Positions 10,496 to 21,792 are shown, counted from the stretch's first letter. The stretch: 64,000 nucleotides of DNA from an uncultured Nitrososphaerales archaeon (GCA_963713605.1 CAVQMO010000003.1:352001-416000), one strand, 5' to 3'. Notes: generated from the sequence alone by a model not told the origin. A program made the numbers and translations.

Positions 10496-11080
10496 ATGAA
10501 TAAAACAATTATCTGGGAAAATAAAGATGGTAGTGATTATAGCATCGAATACTTTGACCTAATATCCAAAAGAGATGCACACATTTTGAGAGGTACTGTT
10601 ATACTACTACTAGACCAAACCCCTATGCTGGTTAGCTATGAAATAGTATGTGATAGAGATTGGAAAACTAGATCAGTGAGGATCAGTCAACAGACATCTG
10701 AGCAAGAGAATAGATATCTCGATCTTAAGGTTAATCAGGACCAAATATGGAGAAAACAGAGTGATGGACCTTCATCTTATTCATCAGCTGTTATTGAGTT
10801 TGCATCTGGGTTTTACGACATAGATCTTCAGATAACTCCTGCAACTAATAGCTTACCTATTAACAGATGTGGTTTGAATGAAGGAGATTCCCAACAAATC
10901 CAAGTTCTTTGGATAGGCTTTCCTGGCTTGACTTTAGAACAACAAGAGCAGAGATATAGTAAAATCGATGATAGACTTTACAGGTTCAAAGTCCATTCTA
11001 TTGATTTTGAGAAGCGATTGCTCGTGGACGAATTGGGATTAGTAGTTGATTACGATAGTCTATGGCATCGGTTAAACTAA
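10496..11080 (+). CDS. Putative glycolipid-binding domain protein (DUF1089-like)
   Basis: YEIVCDRDWKTR, DIDLQITPATNSLPINR, EQRYS, LLVDELGLVVDY.SLW.R. Confidence 0.75.
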   Translation: MNKTIIWENKDGSDYSIEYFDLISKRDAHILRGTVILLLDQTPMLVSYEIVCDRDWKTRSVRISQQTSEQENRYLDLKVNQDQIWRKQSDGPSSYSSAVIEFASGFYDIDLQITPATNSLPINRCGLNEGDSQQIQVLWIGFPGLTLEQQEQRYSKIDDRLYRFKVHSIDFEKRLLVDELGLVVDYDSLWHRLN

Positions 11081-11221
11081 TCAATATTTAGTATTATATG
11101 TGTGACCTCTGGCTTAGAAGAAATTACTTGAATAATAATAATAAGAGGACGTGATAGTAACTTCATATGTGATAATATAAATAGTAACAGAATAAATACC
11201 ACGTTATATTGCAGAGTAGGA

Positions 11222-11798
11222 GTGCAAGCACTAAACTTCATTAATAATCAAATAGATGTGGGAATAAAACCGCAAATAAATCATTCGTGGGGAGAAGAGT
11301 TTGCTAATAGAAAAATTGTAGTCATGATTGAAGGTTCATGGATGCCTAGTTACTTTCCGGATATGCAATTATCAGAATTTGAAAAAAACATAGGTTTTAT
11401 TCCCATGTTTCCAGTTTCGAGAGAAACTAATGGTACCTCTTCCTTGATGGGAGGATGGGAGTTGAGCATTCCTAAGATGTCTGCTCATAAAGGTTTAGCA
11501 TGGGAATTAATTACCCTTATATTAAATCCAAAAATTCTAGCACCATGGTTAGAAGACAGTGGTTTTCTTCCAACACAAATTTCTATTGGTCAGGGATACC
11601 TATTGAACAAGACCCTCTCTTCTAGCCCGTACATCCATTTGGAGGATTTAGACCAAGTATTCCAGAATATTCACAGATTGCTCATATATTAAAGAAGCAT
11701 TGGATGCAGTCTATTATGGTACAAAGGATCCGAAAGAAGCATTAAATGACGCAGCTACAAAATCTGCAGTTATACTTGGATGGAACTCGAAAAAGTGA
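11222..11798 (+). pseudogene. C-terminal fragment of a sugar ABC extracellular solute-binding protein
   Basis: FANRKIVVMIEGSW, SLMGGWELSIP..S.HK.LAWELI, then in another frame RPSIPEYSQIA / KDPKEALNDAATKSA. N-terminal half missing. Confidence 0.65.
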
Positions 11799-12069
11799 CA
11801 TCCTAAATTTCTTTGTATTTAGGATCCGCGAAAGCGTGCCATGGGTGTGAGTACCTTTAATATAATTATATCAAGATAATCCCAATTCTCAGGTTACTGG
11901 CCAGCACAAATTCGCTAACTCGAATGACGATTTAAAGCATAAAAATAGGGATAAACAGTTAATACTAGGATAACTTACCAATAAACTCAAAAGGTTAGGG
12001 TTTGCAGATACCCACTGCAATACACTGATCGATTGCTGTTTGTATGTTTTGTATCTGTTTGTATAGTTT

Positions 12070-12560
12070 CCACACGCTCATTCAGTCACGCAATAACAGG
12101 TAGAATGGCATAGAGCCAAAGTACTGGAATTAATGAGCAAAGGAGAAACCAGTCAGGCCGAGATAGCAAGGATACTGCAGGTAGATAGATCCACAATATA
12201 TAGAGATGTAGATTATTTGAGGCAGCAGGCAAAAAGGAATATCACAAGATACGTTGATGAAAGGCTGCCTGAAGAGTACGAGAAATGCCTTGTTGGTTTG
12301 AACAGCATATTGAAAGAAGCATGGACGATCTCACAATCAGAGAATGTAAAGGGTGATAAGATTAGCAAAGGAATGCTATGCAATGAAACTTGAGTTACTC
12401 ACTAATGCTACAGTAGTGGATGATGCTATCAGGTTTGTAGCTTCAAATTCAGCACCCCCCCATAGAGAAAACTAATTCCGACAAAATGACTGTTGATGAG
12501 GGAGACTGTAGCCACGGGAAACAACAGCCAATTCCAGCAACAACAAATACTGTATTCTAG
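12070..12560 (+). pseudogene. HTH protein of a multicopy Nitrososphaeraceae-type family, disrupted
   Basis: VEWHRAKVLELMSKGETSQAEIARILQVDRSTIYRDVDYL...LPEEYEKCLVGLNSILKEAW / LAKECYAMKLELLTNATVVDDAIRFV / TTNTVF*. Confidence 0.65.
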
Positions 12561-12854
12561 TGGAATATCACAAAAGCTCTGAGCACAGATCTACTTCCAA
12601 AAGCAGTGTGACAAGTGTGACGGTGTGACTGGGGGTGTTATGGATGCAGCATCGAGTTAACTCAATATCTTCAACGTTTCATTTTAGTATTACCTTTAGG
12701 TTTCTTGGGTATTGGGCTTTTAGGTGGGTGCCTTTCGTCTTTCTCCACTCCTTAGTTCACCTCCAGATCTACACTTCGTCTGCTTGTACTATATACTGTA
12801 TAAGATATAAGATCAATGGTTTTTGTTTTTATATCCTAGATCAGTATAGTTTAT

Positions 12855-12992
12855 GTGGATAACTGCAAACATTGGGGATGCATTGTAGGAACTAATACCT
12901 GTGCTGGTTGTGGCGCAATTATCTGTAAACTTTGCTTGAGAGAGCCAAAAAATTGTAGGTGTGATGATAAGGATTATTGTTGCAATCAATGA
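12855..12992 (+). CDS. 45-aa Cys-rich microprotein (10 Cys)
   Basis: GTG start; MDNCKHWGCIVGTNTCAGCGAIICKLCLREPKNCRCDDKDYCCNQ*; TTTATAT at 12828-12834. Confidence 0.55.
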   Translation: MDNCKHWGCIVGTNTCAGCGAIICKLCLREPKNCRCDDKDYCCNQ

Positions 12993-13115
12993 TAAGACGA
13001 GGCATTTTTTGTCAGAAATGTGAAGGGGGGTAAAGAGACTGGCATAATTAAAGAGTTAAAAGGTATGTACTCCAGTTGGTCTCAATGCTATTCAAATCTT
13101 GGAGTCCATTTCGAC

Positions 13116-13847
13116 ATGGTCCAAACTTCACCACCTCAATTGCAACGACCATTGCTTAGAATAGGGTCGATCGCATTTATTGCAGGTGCCACTATAGTAG
13201 TTGTATCTACCTTATCCCATCCTTCAAGTGAAGATCCAGCTAACCATCTCCTTGTGTTTGCGGAGTATGCCAGTGATGATTCATGGATAGCCATTCATAT
13301 TGGCCAATTTGTAGGTGTAATAATGGTTTTTGCTGGAGGATTTGTAGCTCTCTATCGCTTGCTTGTGCAATCAGAATCAAGCATGGCTTCTATACTAGCG
13401 TGGATTGGTCTTGCACTTGCTATAATGACAGCCAGTGCCTTTGCCGTTCTCCAAGCCGTAGATGGAATTGCTCTCAAGATGGCAGTAGATTCTTGGGTTG
13501 CTGCTCCTGCTGGGGAAAAAGCCATCACCTTTAGAGTTGCAGAAGGGATTAGGTTTATTGAGTATGGTACCAATAGTATCTTTCGTATTCTCCAAGGGAC
13601 AGTGGCAGTGATCTTTGGTGTTACAATTGTAAAGAGCAAGCTTCTAAGCAAATGGATTTGTGGAGCAGGAGTTGTTATAGGTGCTGGCACCATTTATGCT
13701 GGCCTAGAAGTAGCTTATCTGGGTTTTGGTGGTCTAACAACTATAATTGGTATCTCCATGATAATTTATTTTATCTGGGTTGGTATTCTAGGTGTTCTTA
13801 TGTTGAGAAAATCAACATCCAGGGTCTTTGTTGAACGTAAAAAGTGA
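13116..13847 (+). CDS. DUF4386-like multi-pass membrane protein
   Basis: Likely start MVQTSPP; about 6 TM helices; HP...FAEYA..DSWIAIHIGQF; LQAVDGIALKMAVDSW. Confidence 0.65.
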   Translation: MVQTSPPQLQRPLLRIGSIAFIAGATIVVVSTLSHPSSEDPANHLLVFAEYASDDSWIAIHIGQFVGVIMVFAGGFVALYRLLVQSESSMASILAWIGLALAIMTASAFAVLQAVDGIALKMAVDSWVAAPAGEKAITFRVAEGIRFIEYGTNSIFRILQGTVAVIFGVTIVKSKLLSKWICGAGVVIGAGTIYAGLEVAYLGFGGLTTIIGISMIIYFIWVGILGVLMLRKSTSRVFVERKK

Positions 13848-14111
13848 CCTAGACCTCATACAATTTGCTTGGGTTAAATGGCTTTGCACTTTGCCACATA
13901 TAACTAAAATAATCGAGGCACCATTCATGAAAAAACGGCATCCGTCCTATAAAATCCTGAATTCATATCTATTTCCCCTCTTCCTCCATTCTTCCTTCTT
14001 TTATACTTCCTATTTTACTTGCTATTGGAAACATAACCAATGACTGACTTTCGTTTACTATCATACATATATGTACCATTTCTGTCATCCTTCTTTGAAC
14101 AATTATGGTGT

Positions 14112-14334
14112 ATGGTAGAGCATATGATAACCAAGACTTGTAAACGATCATGACAGTATTGAAAAGGTTGCGGAAGACTTTGATAATAATAAAAAATTCA
14201 TTCCTGGTGTGATTGATTTCCTTAATGAAATAGGCTGGATTAAACAAGATTCAAGTGGAGCCTATAGAATAACCAAGAAAGGGGAGAGTAATACAATAAC
14301 GCGTAACAAACAGACTATTAACTTTCACATGTAA
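14112..14334 (+). CDS. Small winged-helix-like protein (1-nt frameshift)
   Basis: MVEHMIT/RLVNDHDSIEKVAEDFDNNKKFIPGVIDFLNEIGWIKQDSSGAYRITKKGES...; helix-wing pattern L..GWI....G.Y.IT.KG. Confidence 0.5.
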
Positions 14335-14367
14335 AGACTCATTAAAAAGGGAATGACGGTTGGAGAC

Positions 14368-14448
14368 ATACAACTTGCAAAACACCTAGGCGTACATGTG
14401 GCAACAACTGTAAATACAAATGATAAACAGTTTGTACAAGAATTGGGA
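14368..14448 (+). pseudogene. Short remnant of an NADP-dependent (MDR/quinone) oxidoreductase
   Basis: IQLAKHLGVHVATTVNTNDKQFVQELG, followed by a tandem duplication AATTATACTAAG x2. Confidence 0.5.
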
Positions 14449-14871
14449 ATTATACTAAGAATTATACTAAGAATCACCTGGTGATTCTTGATCTTCATCA
14501 TCATCGTTGTTATTGTCACCTTCTCCTACGGTATCTCCTCCCTCGCTATCGGAGGTGCTAGCAATTGCTATATTTTAATACTGACTAAGGATTCCAGTAA
14601 CGAGTACCGTAATTATAGGATGTATACAAAGCTTAGAAACTACTCCCCTTAATCTTGCTTTCAATAGGCCTCACAGCTTTACAACTATTGATAGGAAGTT
14701 ATTATGGATTTTACTTGAAGAGCGTTAGGAATGGCCAATATAATGGGCAAGTATATGGAAATTACTCATGATATAGTTTTCTACCAATGGATTGACTTTC
14801 AATTCATGCATCATCGTAAATGTTTATTACTGCAAGGTTAATAATCACTGACCATAACAGGAGAAACAGCG

Positions 14872-15928
14872 TTGGTTTCACAACAAAAATTCATTGGACT
14901 TGTAATAATCTTAACATTATCAGTTGTAGTTTTTGACATTTCAATAGACCTGCTCAGGTCCCCACAGGGACTAACAGCGCAGTCTGGTGGTGAGGAAGGT
15001 GTAGACAGTTTTAAAGCGCACGGTAACATAAATTCTGTAATCTATACTGTTAATGGTAATTGGGATGCTAAAGGTAAATGGAATTTAGATGTATCAGACG
15101 GTAAATTGACATACTTTCAAACGACAATGAATTGGAAAAATGGCACATCCGGTCATACTCACGAATTTCAAAATTTTGAGTCCGATAATAATATAGAACT
15201 TGATTCCAATAAAAGCGTTTCAATAGAAGGAGGAATGGATGTAGGTACTAATGGGGCTATATCATGGCCAAGCGTACCTGCAGAGATAACAATCGAAAAA
15301 GGGAAAATAATTACAATTTCGGTAGATGACGAAGATACAAATAATCATTTTGGTAATCAGGCCGTTCACGGAACCGTTACCTCATTGCAACAATGTTCTT
15401 CTTCTACACCCGGACCAGAAATGGCAGTACCTGCAATCAATTGTAAACCTATTGAATCGACTGCCGTATCAGGCACCGGCTCACAAGAACAATTGAAAAT
15501 ACCATCATCTTCATCAACCGAGGAGCAGGCAGCAATCAGCATCGCAACAGCTACAGCAGCCACAACAACAACTAGAACAGGAACAAGGACCACAGCAACA
15601 ACAGAATACCTTACAACAATCTCAATCCCAAACACCTACTCCTAATTCACAATCAGATAATTTCAACTTTTTTTCTTCTTTTTTCAGTACTAACCAGTCC
15701 ACACAAGGAACAGAACAAAATTCAAATACTTCAGAACCACAATCAGGATTATTCTCTTCAAATATTTCGAATTCTAAATCTCAAAAAGCAGATGTCACTT
15801 CCGGTGTACGAGTGTCTCCATTGAATACCACAAACACCGTATTAGGAGAGTGTTTATATGGTTCCAAGCCACAAGAAGAATGTGACCGTCTATCTGAAGA
15901 AGAATTAATGCAACAGGTACCAAACTGA
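14872..15928 (+). CDS. Secreted beta-rich protein with Q/S/T/N low-complexity tail (frameshift near 15530)
   Basis: Signal peptide; GHTHEF motif; the Q-rich frame continues to TGA at 15926-15928. Confidence 0.6.
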
Positions 15929-16140
15929 ACATCCGCTTATTTTATTTACAGCTCGGTATTCAAGTCAGTAACTCAAAACAATAGGTGAACCCCAATCATC
16001 GATATTTGGATCCGACGTGAAATATTTCTTTTTTTGTTACTATCCATACTATCTATCTTCCTCACCAGAATCTTAGCGATAGTCGAAATCCAACGAGTAG
16101 AATCTCGTGTAAAGTTGCTTCCTTATCCAATATGCCGACG

Positions 16141-16751
16141 TTATAAAAGAATTCTTAATATTTTCATTTGAGAGGCTAAACGGTCCAGGTGTCCCAGGCG
16201 GAGTGGTGTAGTATTGGTTTCTTTCAATATGATATTCATGACTTCAGAAATAAAAGGAACGTTGTCTGGTGAACCCCAAACAGCAGCTGCAAAATGTCCA
16301 CCTTCTATCAATGACCGATAAATATTTGATAAACTTGCTATAAGATCTGGTAAAAACATCAATCCTGCTCTACAGAGTGCTCGCATCGAATGATGAAGCC
16401 GGTAAATCAATTGTTTCTGTATCTCTCTCCTTAAATTCAATCACATTTTGTAGACCTAGTGAGATTGCTCTCTGTTTTGCAACAGATAGCATTTTTGGTG
16501 AAATATCCGTGGCTAATATGTGACCAGTTTTACTCATATGACTTGCGACGGTAATTGCTGGCTCTCCCATACCTGTGGAAATATCTAGAACTCTAGAACC
16601 TGGTCTAATCTCTGCAAGTTCTATTAAGCGTTTACTAAGTTTCCCAGCACCCTTTTCGATTGTCTTCCACCACTTTTGCCAACCCTCAGGCTACGTTATC
16701 CCATTTCTGACGCTCTTCCTCTTTGTATTGTTTTGAATTAAGAGTTGACAA
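16141..16751 (-). pseudogene. Class I SAM-dependent methyltransferase (UbiE-like), frameshifted and truncated
   Basis: MSTLNSKQYKEEERQKWDNVA/GWQKWW..RVLDISTGMGEPA..ATDISPKML..SFDA/LCRAGLMFLPDL..GGHFAAAVW. Confidence 0.75.
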
Positions 16752-17378
16752 ATAATCTTCATTGATTATGTCATTTATGGTATAAAATCATTATTTGCAA
16801 TTAGTCGTCAGACATTATATGTTGAGCAACCAATATCTTAATAATTTTAGTTAAAATGAGACATATTAAATAAGTCTTTGACCTGACCGTTATTGCGATT
16901 GCTGTGAAAACTTTATAAAATATGGGATCAATAACCCTTCTATTACAAAATGAATTTGCGGAACTAGAGTTAGTAATGGAATAGATTACGAAAATAGTAA
17001 CAATTACTATCATATATCGTGGGGGGAAATTACTGGAGTTATAACTATTAATGCAGTCTGTACGTATCATCTAAACGTAGTTTCCTTGAAATCCTGGTAC
17101 GATTTAGATTTGATGGTATCAATATTATATCGTCTAATTACTTGCATGACATAACAACGGATGTCGAAATCACTAAAACTGACAGAATTGCACATATACT
17201 AATGAGGTACTTATGATTAATCATGAATGTGCCCAAAGCTTATCGGTTGCTGCAATTTCCTTCATAATGCCCTTTTGTTATACTATACTTTTATTCCCGT
17301 ACTATTTTTTATATTAGATAATCATACTTGAGATGATGAAAAATTCGAAGGGAGACACCCGAATAAAGAGAGGATTGT

Positions 17379-18474
17379 ATGATTAGATTTAGATCAGCTA
17401 ACATTATGCTATTTGGTGTTCTATTATTAGTTTATGTTCTCTTTATGAGTACGCAACCATTTACTTTTGTTGAAGCCCAAATTTCAACAAATATTACTCA
17501 ATCCAATAATAATAATTCCGGAGTCTATATTCCGTCAACCATTTCTAAAGGTGCTCAAGAAATACTGAAAAATTTAACAATGAATGTACCTACTTTAGTA
17601 ACCCCAAACCCCGGTGATCTAAATGGTTGGCAAGAACTAAACCAACAAGTAAGCTCAATGGCAATGCAAATGTCTCAACCAATCATCGAAAGCTACCAAT
17701 CTAGTATTACAGCTACCAAATTGGGAGATGTAAATATAATTGACATTAAACCAAAAGATTGGAAAGATAAAGGAAAGATTCTGGTATACGTACATGGTGG
17801 AGGATATACCATCTTAGGGGCTAATTCTACACTAGGGAGTGTCGCACCAGTAGCCAATACTACTGGACTTAGAGTCATTTCTGTGGATTATCGCTTAGCA
17901 CCATTTGCTAAATGGAACCAAACAATCGAAGATGTGGTTTCAGTTATAGAGGCATTAAAAGACCAAGGTTATTCTCTTGATGATATTGCAATGTATGGAG
18001 ATTCAGCTGGAGGTGGTTTAGTGGCAGGCTCCGTACTTAAGATGCGGGATGAAGGATTAGGAATGCCTGCTGCCTCTGGTATTATGGTCACCATGGACAG
18101 ATCTAACAGGAGTAGGTGATACATACGTTACACTCAAGAATGCTGAACCATTTCTATCTGACGGTTCAATGTTACAAAACATGGCTGATGCATACGCCAA
18201 TAGATCCGATCAGAAGAATCCATTTGTTTCACCTGTGCAAGGTAATTTCAGTAAAGGCTTTCCACCCACCTTAATTCAAGGTGGTACCAAAGAAATGTTA
18301 CTCAGTGACTTTGTTCGTTTGTATCAAGCCATGGATCAGGCTGGCATTCCAGTCAAATTAGATATTTATGAAGGTATGCCACATGTATTTCAAACGTCGC
18401 TTTACAACACTACGGAATCTAATATAGCAATATCAAAAACTAATGATTTCTTAAGGAAAAATCTAGATTACTAA
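17379..18474 (+). CDS. Secreted HSL-family (family IV) esterase, frameshift near 18075
   Basis: Signal peptide; HGGGY; DYRLAP; GDSAGG; PPTLIQGGTKE; EGMPHVF. Confidence 0.85.
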
Positions 18475-18633
18475 TACATTGAAAGTGTTGGCCTAGGCAA
18501 ATATGATTAAAAGTTTGAATCATTGTAAGTACACGGCTATACCTTGATCATATGTATTAAGTTATGATTGACTAGATAGTAAGAATCAATCTGGACTTAA
18601 AATTATAGGAGCAAAGATAGAAAAAGAAAACAT

Positions 18634-18879
18634 ATGTACTCTGTCGAAAAACCACGGATGATTCTTGATAATATCATTTCTGACAAACCAAAGCTCTTTA
18701 AGCTTGTTTCAGTTATTGTAGTTTCAGTCCTAGCTATTCCTCTAATTATTCCGTACCTATATCATCCACAGCACATTTACCACATCCTGCTTCACATGAC
18801 CTATCATATTTTTACTTTTGTCAGATTAGTCTTTTATCGTCGATTTCTATCAACCGCATTCGCAAGCAACAGGAGATAA
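18634..18879 (+). CDS. Small membrane hypothetical protein or fragment
   Basis: TM segment followed by His-rich HPQHIYHILLH. Confidence 0.35.
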   Translation: MYSVEKPRMILDNIISDKPKLFKLVSVIVVSVLAIPLIIPYLYHPQHIYHILLHMTYHIFTFVRLVFYRRFLSTAFASNRR

Positions 18880-19173
18880 ACCAGAGCATTGTTCGTATCT
18901 CTGTTTAGCATGCTAGTAATAATCCATTTTCTTATACTTAAACAGGTTGAGGTACCTAAAAAATAGTCTAGTCACTGCCTATCAAAGATAACTATGTTCC
19001 GGAAAGCCTTTTATTATATCCTTCAAACTAGTAATAAGTCCTATGCATATGTTAGGTTGGTAGGGAGGCCGGCATTGCATTCTTCGGTCGTCCTCCTAAC
19101 TACTTTTGTTTTGTTACTAATATTCCGAAGGACAACTACGATGATCAGCAAGAAATAATAAAACAGAGGAAGA

Positions 19174-19347
19174 CTAAACTGACAGTTTATTCTTTAGTAC
19201 AGCAGTTGCCTTTATATCGACTGACGTTACGCTTTCCCAGCCGTGTACGTGTTGTCCGCTCTCTTCCTTCGTAGAGGCCTCAACTAGGTCCATAAAGCAG
19301 TCCCCTTCCAACACTTTCGAACACCATAGACATTTCCATTTACCCAT
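19174..19347 (-). CDS. 57-aa CxxC...HxH microprotein
   Basis: MGKWKCLWCSKVLEGDCFMDLVEASTKEESGQHVHGWESVTSVDIKATAVLKNKLSV*. Confidence 0.5.
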   Translation of the reverse strand: MGKWKCLWCSKVLEGDCFMDLVEASTKEESGQHVHGWESVTSVDIKATAVLKNKLSV

Positions 19348-19808
19348 GCCTTTTGCCTAATACTCTAACGACGGCATACCTTATTAATATGTTATTGAAA
19401 GTATGATAGTACAAGGTTAATGGTCCTGGACGGTTATTAAGAGGGTAAAGCTATTACGTCATACTATCAATTTTGTTAATTTTTACCTAATTGTGTAAAA
19501 AATCAATATGAAACTTGACACATTTAAAAAACACTAAAAAAATAGAATTTGGCAGATATCTGTTACAGAATATTCCCCTAACAGTCGTACCCACTGCCGA
19601 CCCTGCGAAAAATGTAGGCGATGGGTTAGGATGTCTGTAATTCTAACATAGACTACACTATTTTTTAGTATCTTCGGCTGCTATATGTCGAGTAGGAACA
19701 ATGAACGCTGCGCCATTGAATCGTTTTCAGGAAGCGAGCATTTAATTTTCTTAGAGAAGTATAATTCTACCCAACTTTATAAAGTAGACAAACACATTGG
19801 GTAGTGAA

Positions 19809-19931
19809 TTGTCCCAAGGAATTTGTAGTGTCTGTCAAAGGGTATGTGTTCAGCAATGTCAAGAGTGCAGTCAATATTTATGTGGAGTCCATATTAAGGA
19901 ACATGCGTCAACGCATAGAAAGAACCAGTAA
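19809..19931 (+). CDS. 40-aa zinc-finger microprotein (B-box/AN1-like spacing)
   Basis: MSQGICSVCQRVCVQQCQECSQYLCGVHIKEHASTHRKNQ*; TTTATAAA at 19776-19783, about 25 bp before the TTG. Confidence 0.65.
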   Translation: MSQGICSVCQRVCVQQCQECSQYLCGVHIKEHASTHRKNQ

Positions 19932-19998
19932 CTGTCATATCACAATATAACGTCTTCTAACTTTAACTTTATATGTCAAGAAAGGATTGAATGAGTAA

Positions 19999-20124
19999 AT
20001 GTCAGAGGGTAACACGTGCAGTGAATTTGGCTGTACTTTTATGGCGACGGAAGAATGTGCAGATTGTGGTCCAAGTAAGCGATATTGTATTGATCATAAA
20101 TTTAAGCATGAACATGTAAAGTAA
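19999..20124 (+). CDS. 41-aa zinc-finger microprotein (AN1-like spacing)
   Basis: MSEGNTCSEFGCTFMATEECADCGPSKRYCIDHKFKHEHVK*; TTTATAT at 19968-19974. Confidence 0.65.
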   Translation: MSEGNTCSEFGCTFMATEECADCGPSKRYCIDHKFKHEHVK

Positions 20125-20149
20125 TCCAAAGTAGTAATTAGTAAATAAT

Positions 20150-20381
20150 ATGGACTGGTCAGGTTAGTCAGGGTTTAGTTGCAGTAGGCATAGGAGTAAT
20201 CCTGGTCTCATTTCTGTTTGGATTTCCTTATGTTGGTTACACCGTTAACAAGCAATACGCAAATGTAACTGTGGTCCCCATAACTGTGACTGGACTAGAT
20301 CACCAAAACCCTATAAATCTATACATTTTTGCAACACTATTTTTTGGTGGGATAGGACTGCTTGTGAAGGGTTTTTTCTAA
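20150..20381 (+). CDS. Small two-TM membrane protein (apparent 1-nt insertion after ATG)
   Basis: TGQVSQGLVAVGIGVILVSFLFGFPYVG...NLYIFATLFFGGIGLLVKGFF*. Confidence 0.35.
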
Positions 20382-21627
20382 ATATCCATCACTTTGTTTC
20401 TAAAGGGTTTAACTCATGGACTTGCTGCAGGATCCAGAACAATTAAAGAAGTTAGATAGTTAATCTTTCTGAATTCAATTAGATAGTAACTCTCTCTGAA
20501 TTTAGTTTCACGAATAGAACAGGCGAAACGTTCTTAGCATTCTGTGAAAATAGTCTAAATTATAATCGTTCTCTTTTGCGCTGTCCTAATCAGAGTTGGA
20601 TATTTCTTTAAGTTAGCACTTATCCATGTTAAGTCAGTTTCCTAAAACTGAGTAATCGTCCTCTGTTTACTAGCCGGAAAAAGTCTTTCATCAACAACTA
20701 CCTAGGTAATTTAATAGTCGCAGTTCTTCCGTCTATATCTAGGTTGTTTATGTTAGAGATTAAGAAAAAATCCAGATAGCAAATTCTGCCATAATGAAGA
20801 TGATAACAAATTGTAATATCGTCTGGACCAGCAACCACTCTGACATAGTCTTTTCATTAGGATTTGAATCCTCTGACATATTCTGGGACACTTTTTTTCA
20901 TTTCAAAGTAGATGCCAAGATTTGTCGGTAATGTACCCCTAGTGCCAAGTATAAACATCGCAGAAACTATCGCCAAGACCTGCGGAGATTCAGTAGCCGA
21001 TTGGTGGATTGAGAGTAATCAAACCTAGTTCTGAATGCAAGAAAATAGCCAGCACGTTGTAGTGACAGCAGCAACAGTTCGCATATAAAAGACGATCTTT
21101 GGCATAAGCCAAGAAATTGAACTTGCCTTACGTGTTTGATAAGGTTAAGATATCTGATAATCACGACACAGCAAAATAACCTATATACTATATGAGGAAT
21201 CCCCAGTCCAAAGTATGGCTGTAAAAACATTACGTATTAAGAAGGAGTAGATTAGCACTAAGAATCGCGACGTATAAGCGCAACAACTGGAATAAGAACC
21301 CAGAGGTTAGATCGAATAGAGATAACGGGAGGTTACTACTGTAATACCTGCCATGCCATTACTTTCAGCCACTGATTACTATACTCGATGATAGTGACTA
21401 TTAGTGCTGTAATATTTTGATCCAGGTTTCACGAAAGGATCACGGACATAAAATCTCCGTACTCCCCATGGCTCACTTTCAGGACCGTTAGCCTCTTCAG
21501 ACTACTTGGGAGCGAATCCTATTCGATTTAACTATTTAGTTATTGTACAGTTTCAACGCAGATATCGTGGGATAATATATTTTACATGGTGGCGATGGTA
21601 TTATGATGGTGCGTGCATATTACAAAT

Positions 21628-21732
21628 ATGTCTAGAATAACTGCAATAATAATGGGACTTTTGACAGGCGGCTCAGGTATAGAAGCATTGTCTGCTGGCT
21701 CTCAAGTGGCCCAAGCCGCAACATATAATTGA
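21628..21732 (+). CDS. 34-aa signal-peptide-like micropeptide
   Basis: MSRITAIIMGLLTGGSGIEALSAGSQVAQAATYN*; GC hairpin 43 bp downstream. Confidence 0.5.
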   Translation: MSRITAIIMGLLTGGSGIEALSAGSQVAQAATYN

Positions 21733-21774
21733 ACATATTATACCGATATGACTACTAGTTAGAGTAACAGAGTT

Positions 21775-21792
21775 AGGGGCGTGAAAGCCCCT
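21775..21792. terminator. GC hairpin AGGGGC-GTGAAA-GCCCCT between convergent genes
   Basis: Perfect 6-bp stem read from the sequence. Confidence 0.4.

Noticed and set aside
19067..19100. GGCCGGCAT resembles the start of the HDV ribozyme
   Set aside because: The nested double-pseudoknot pairings could not be built from the downstream sequence; kept only as a hairpin motif.
20530..21420. Fragments of hydrophobic reading frames on the minus strand
   Set aside because: Multiple stops and no recognisable family; cannot be supported as genes.
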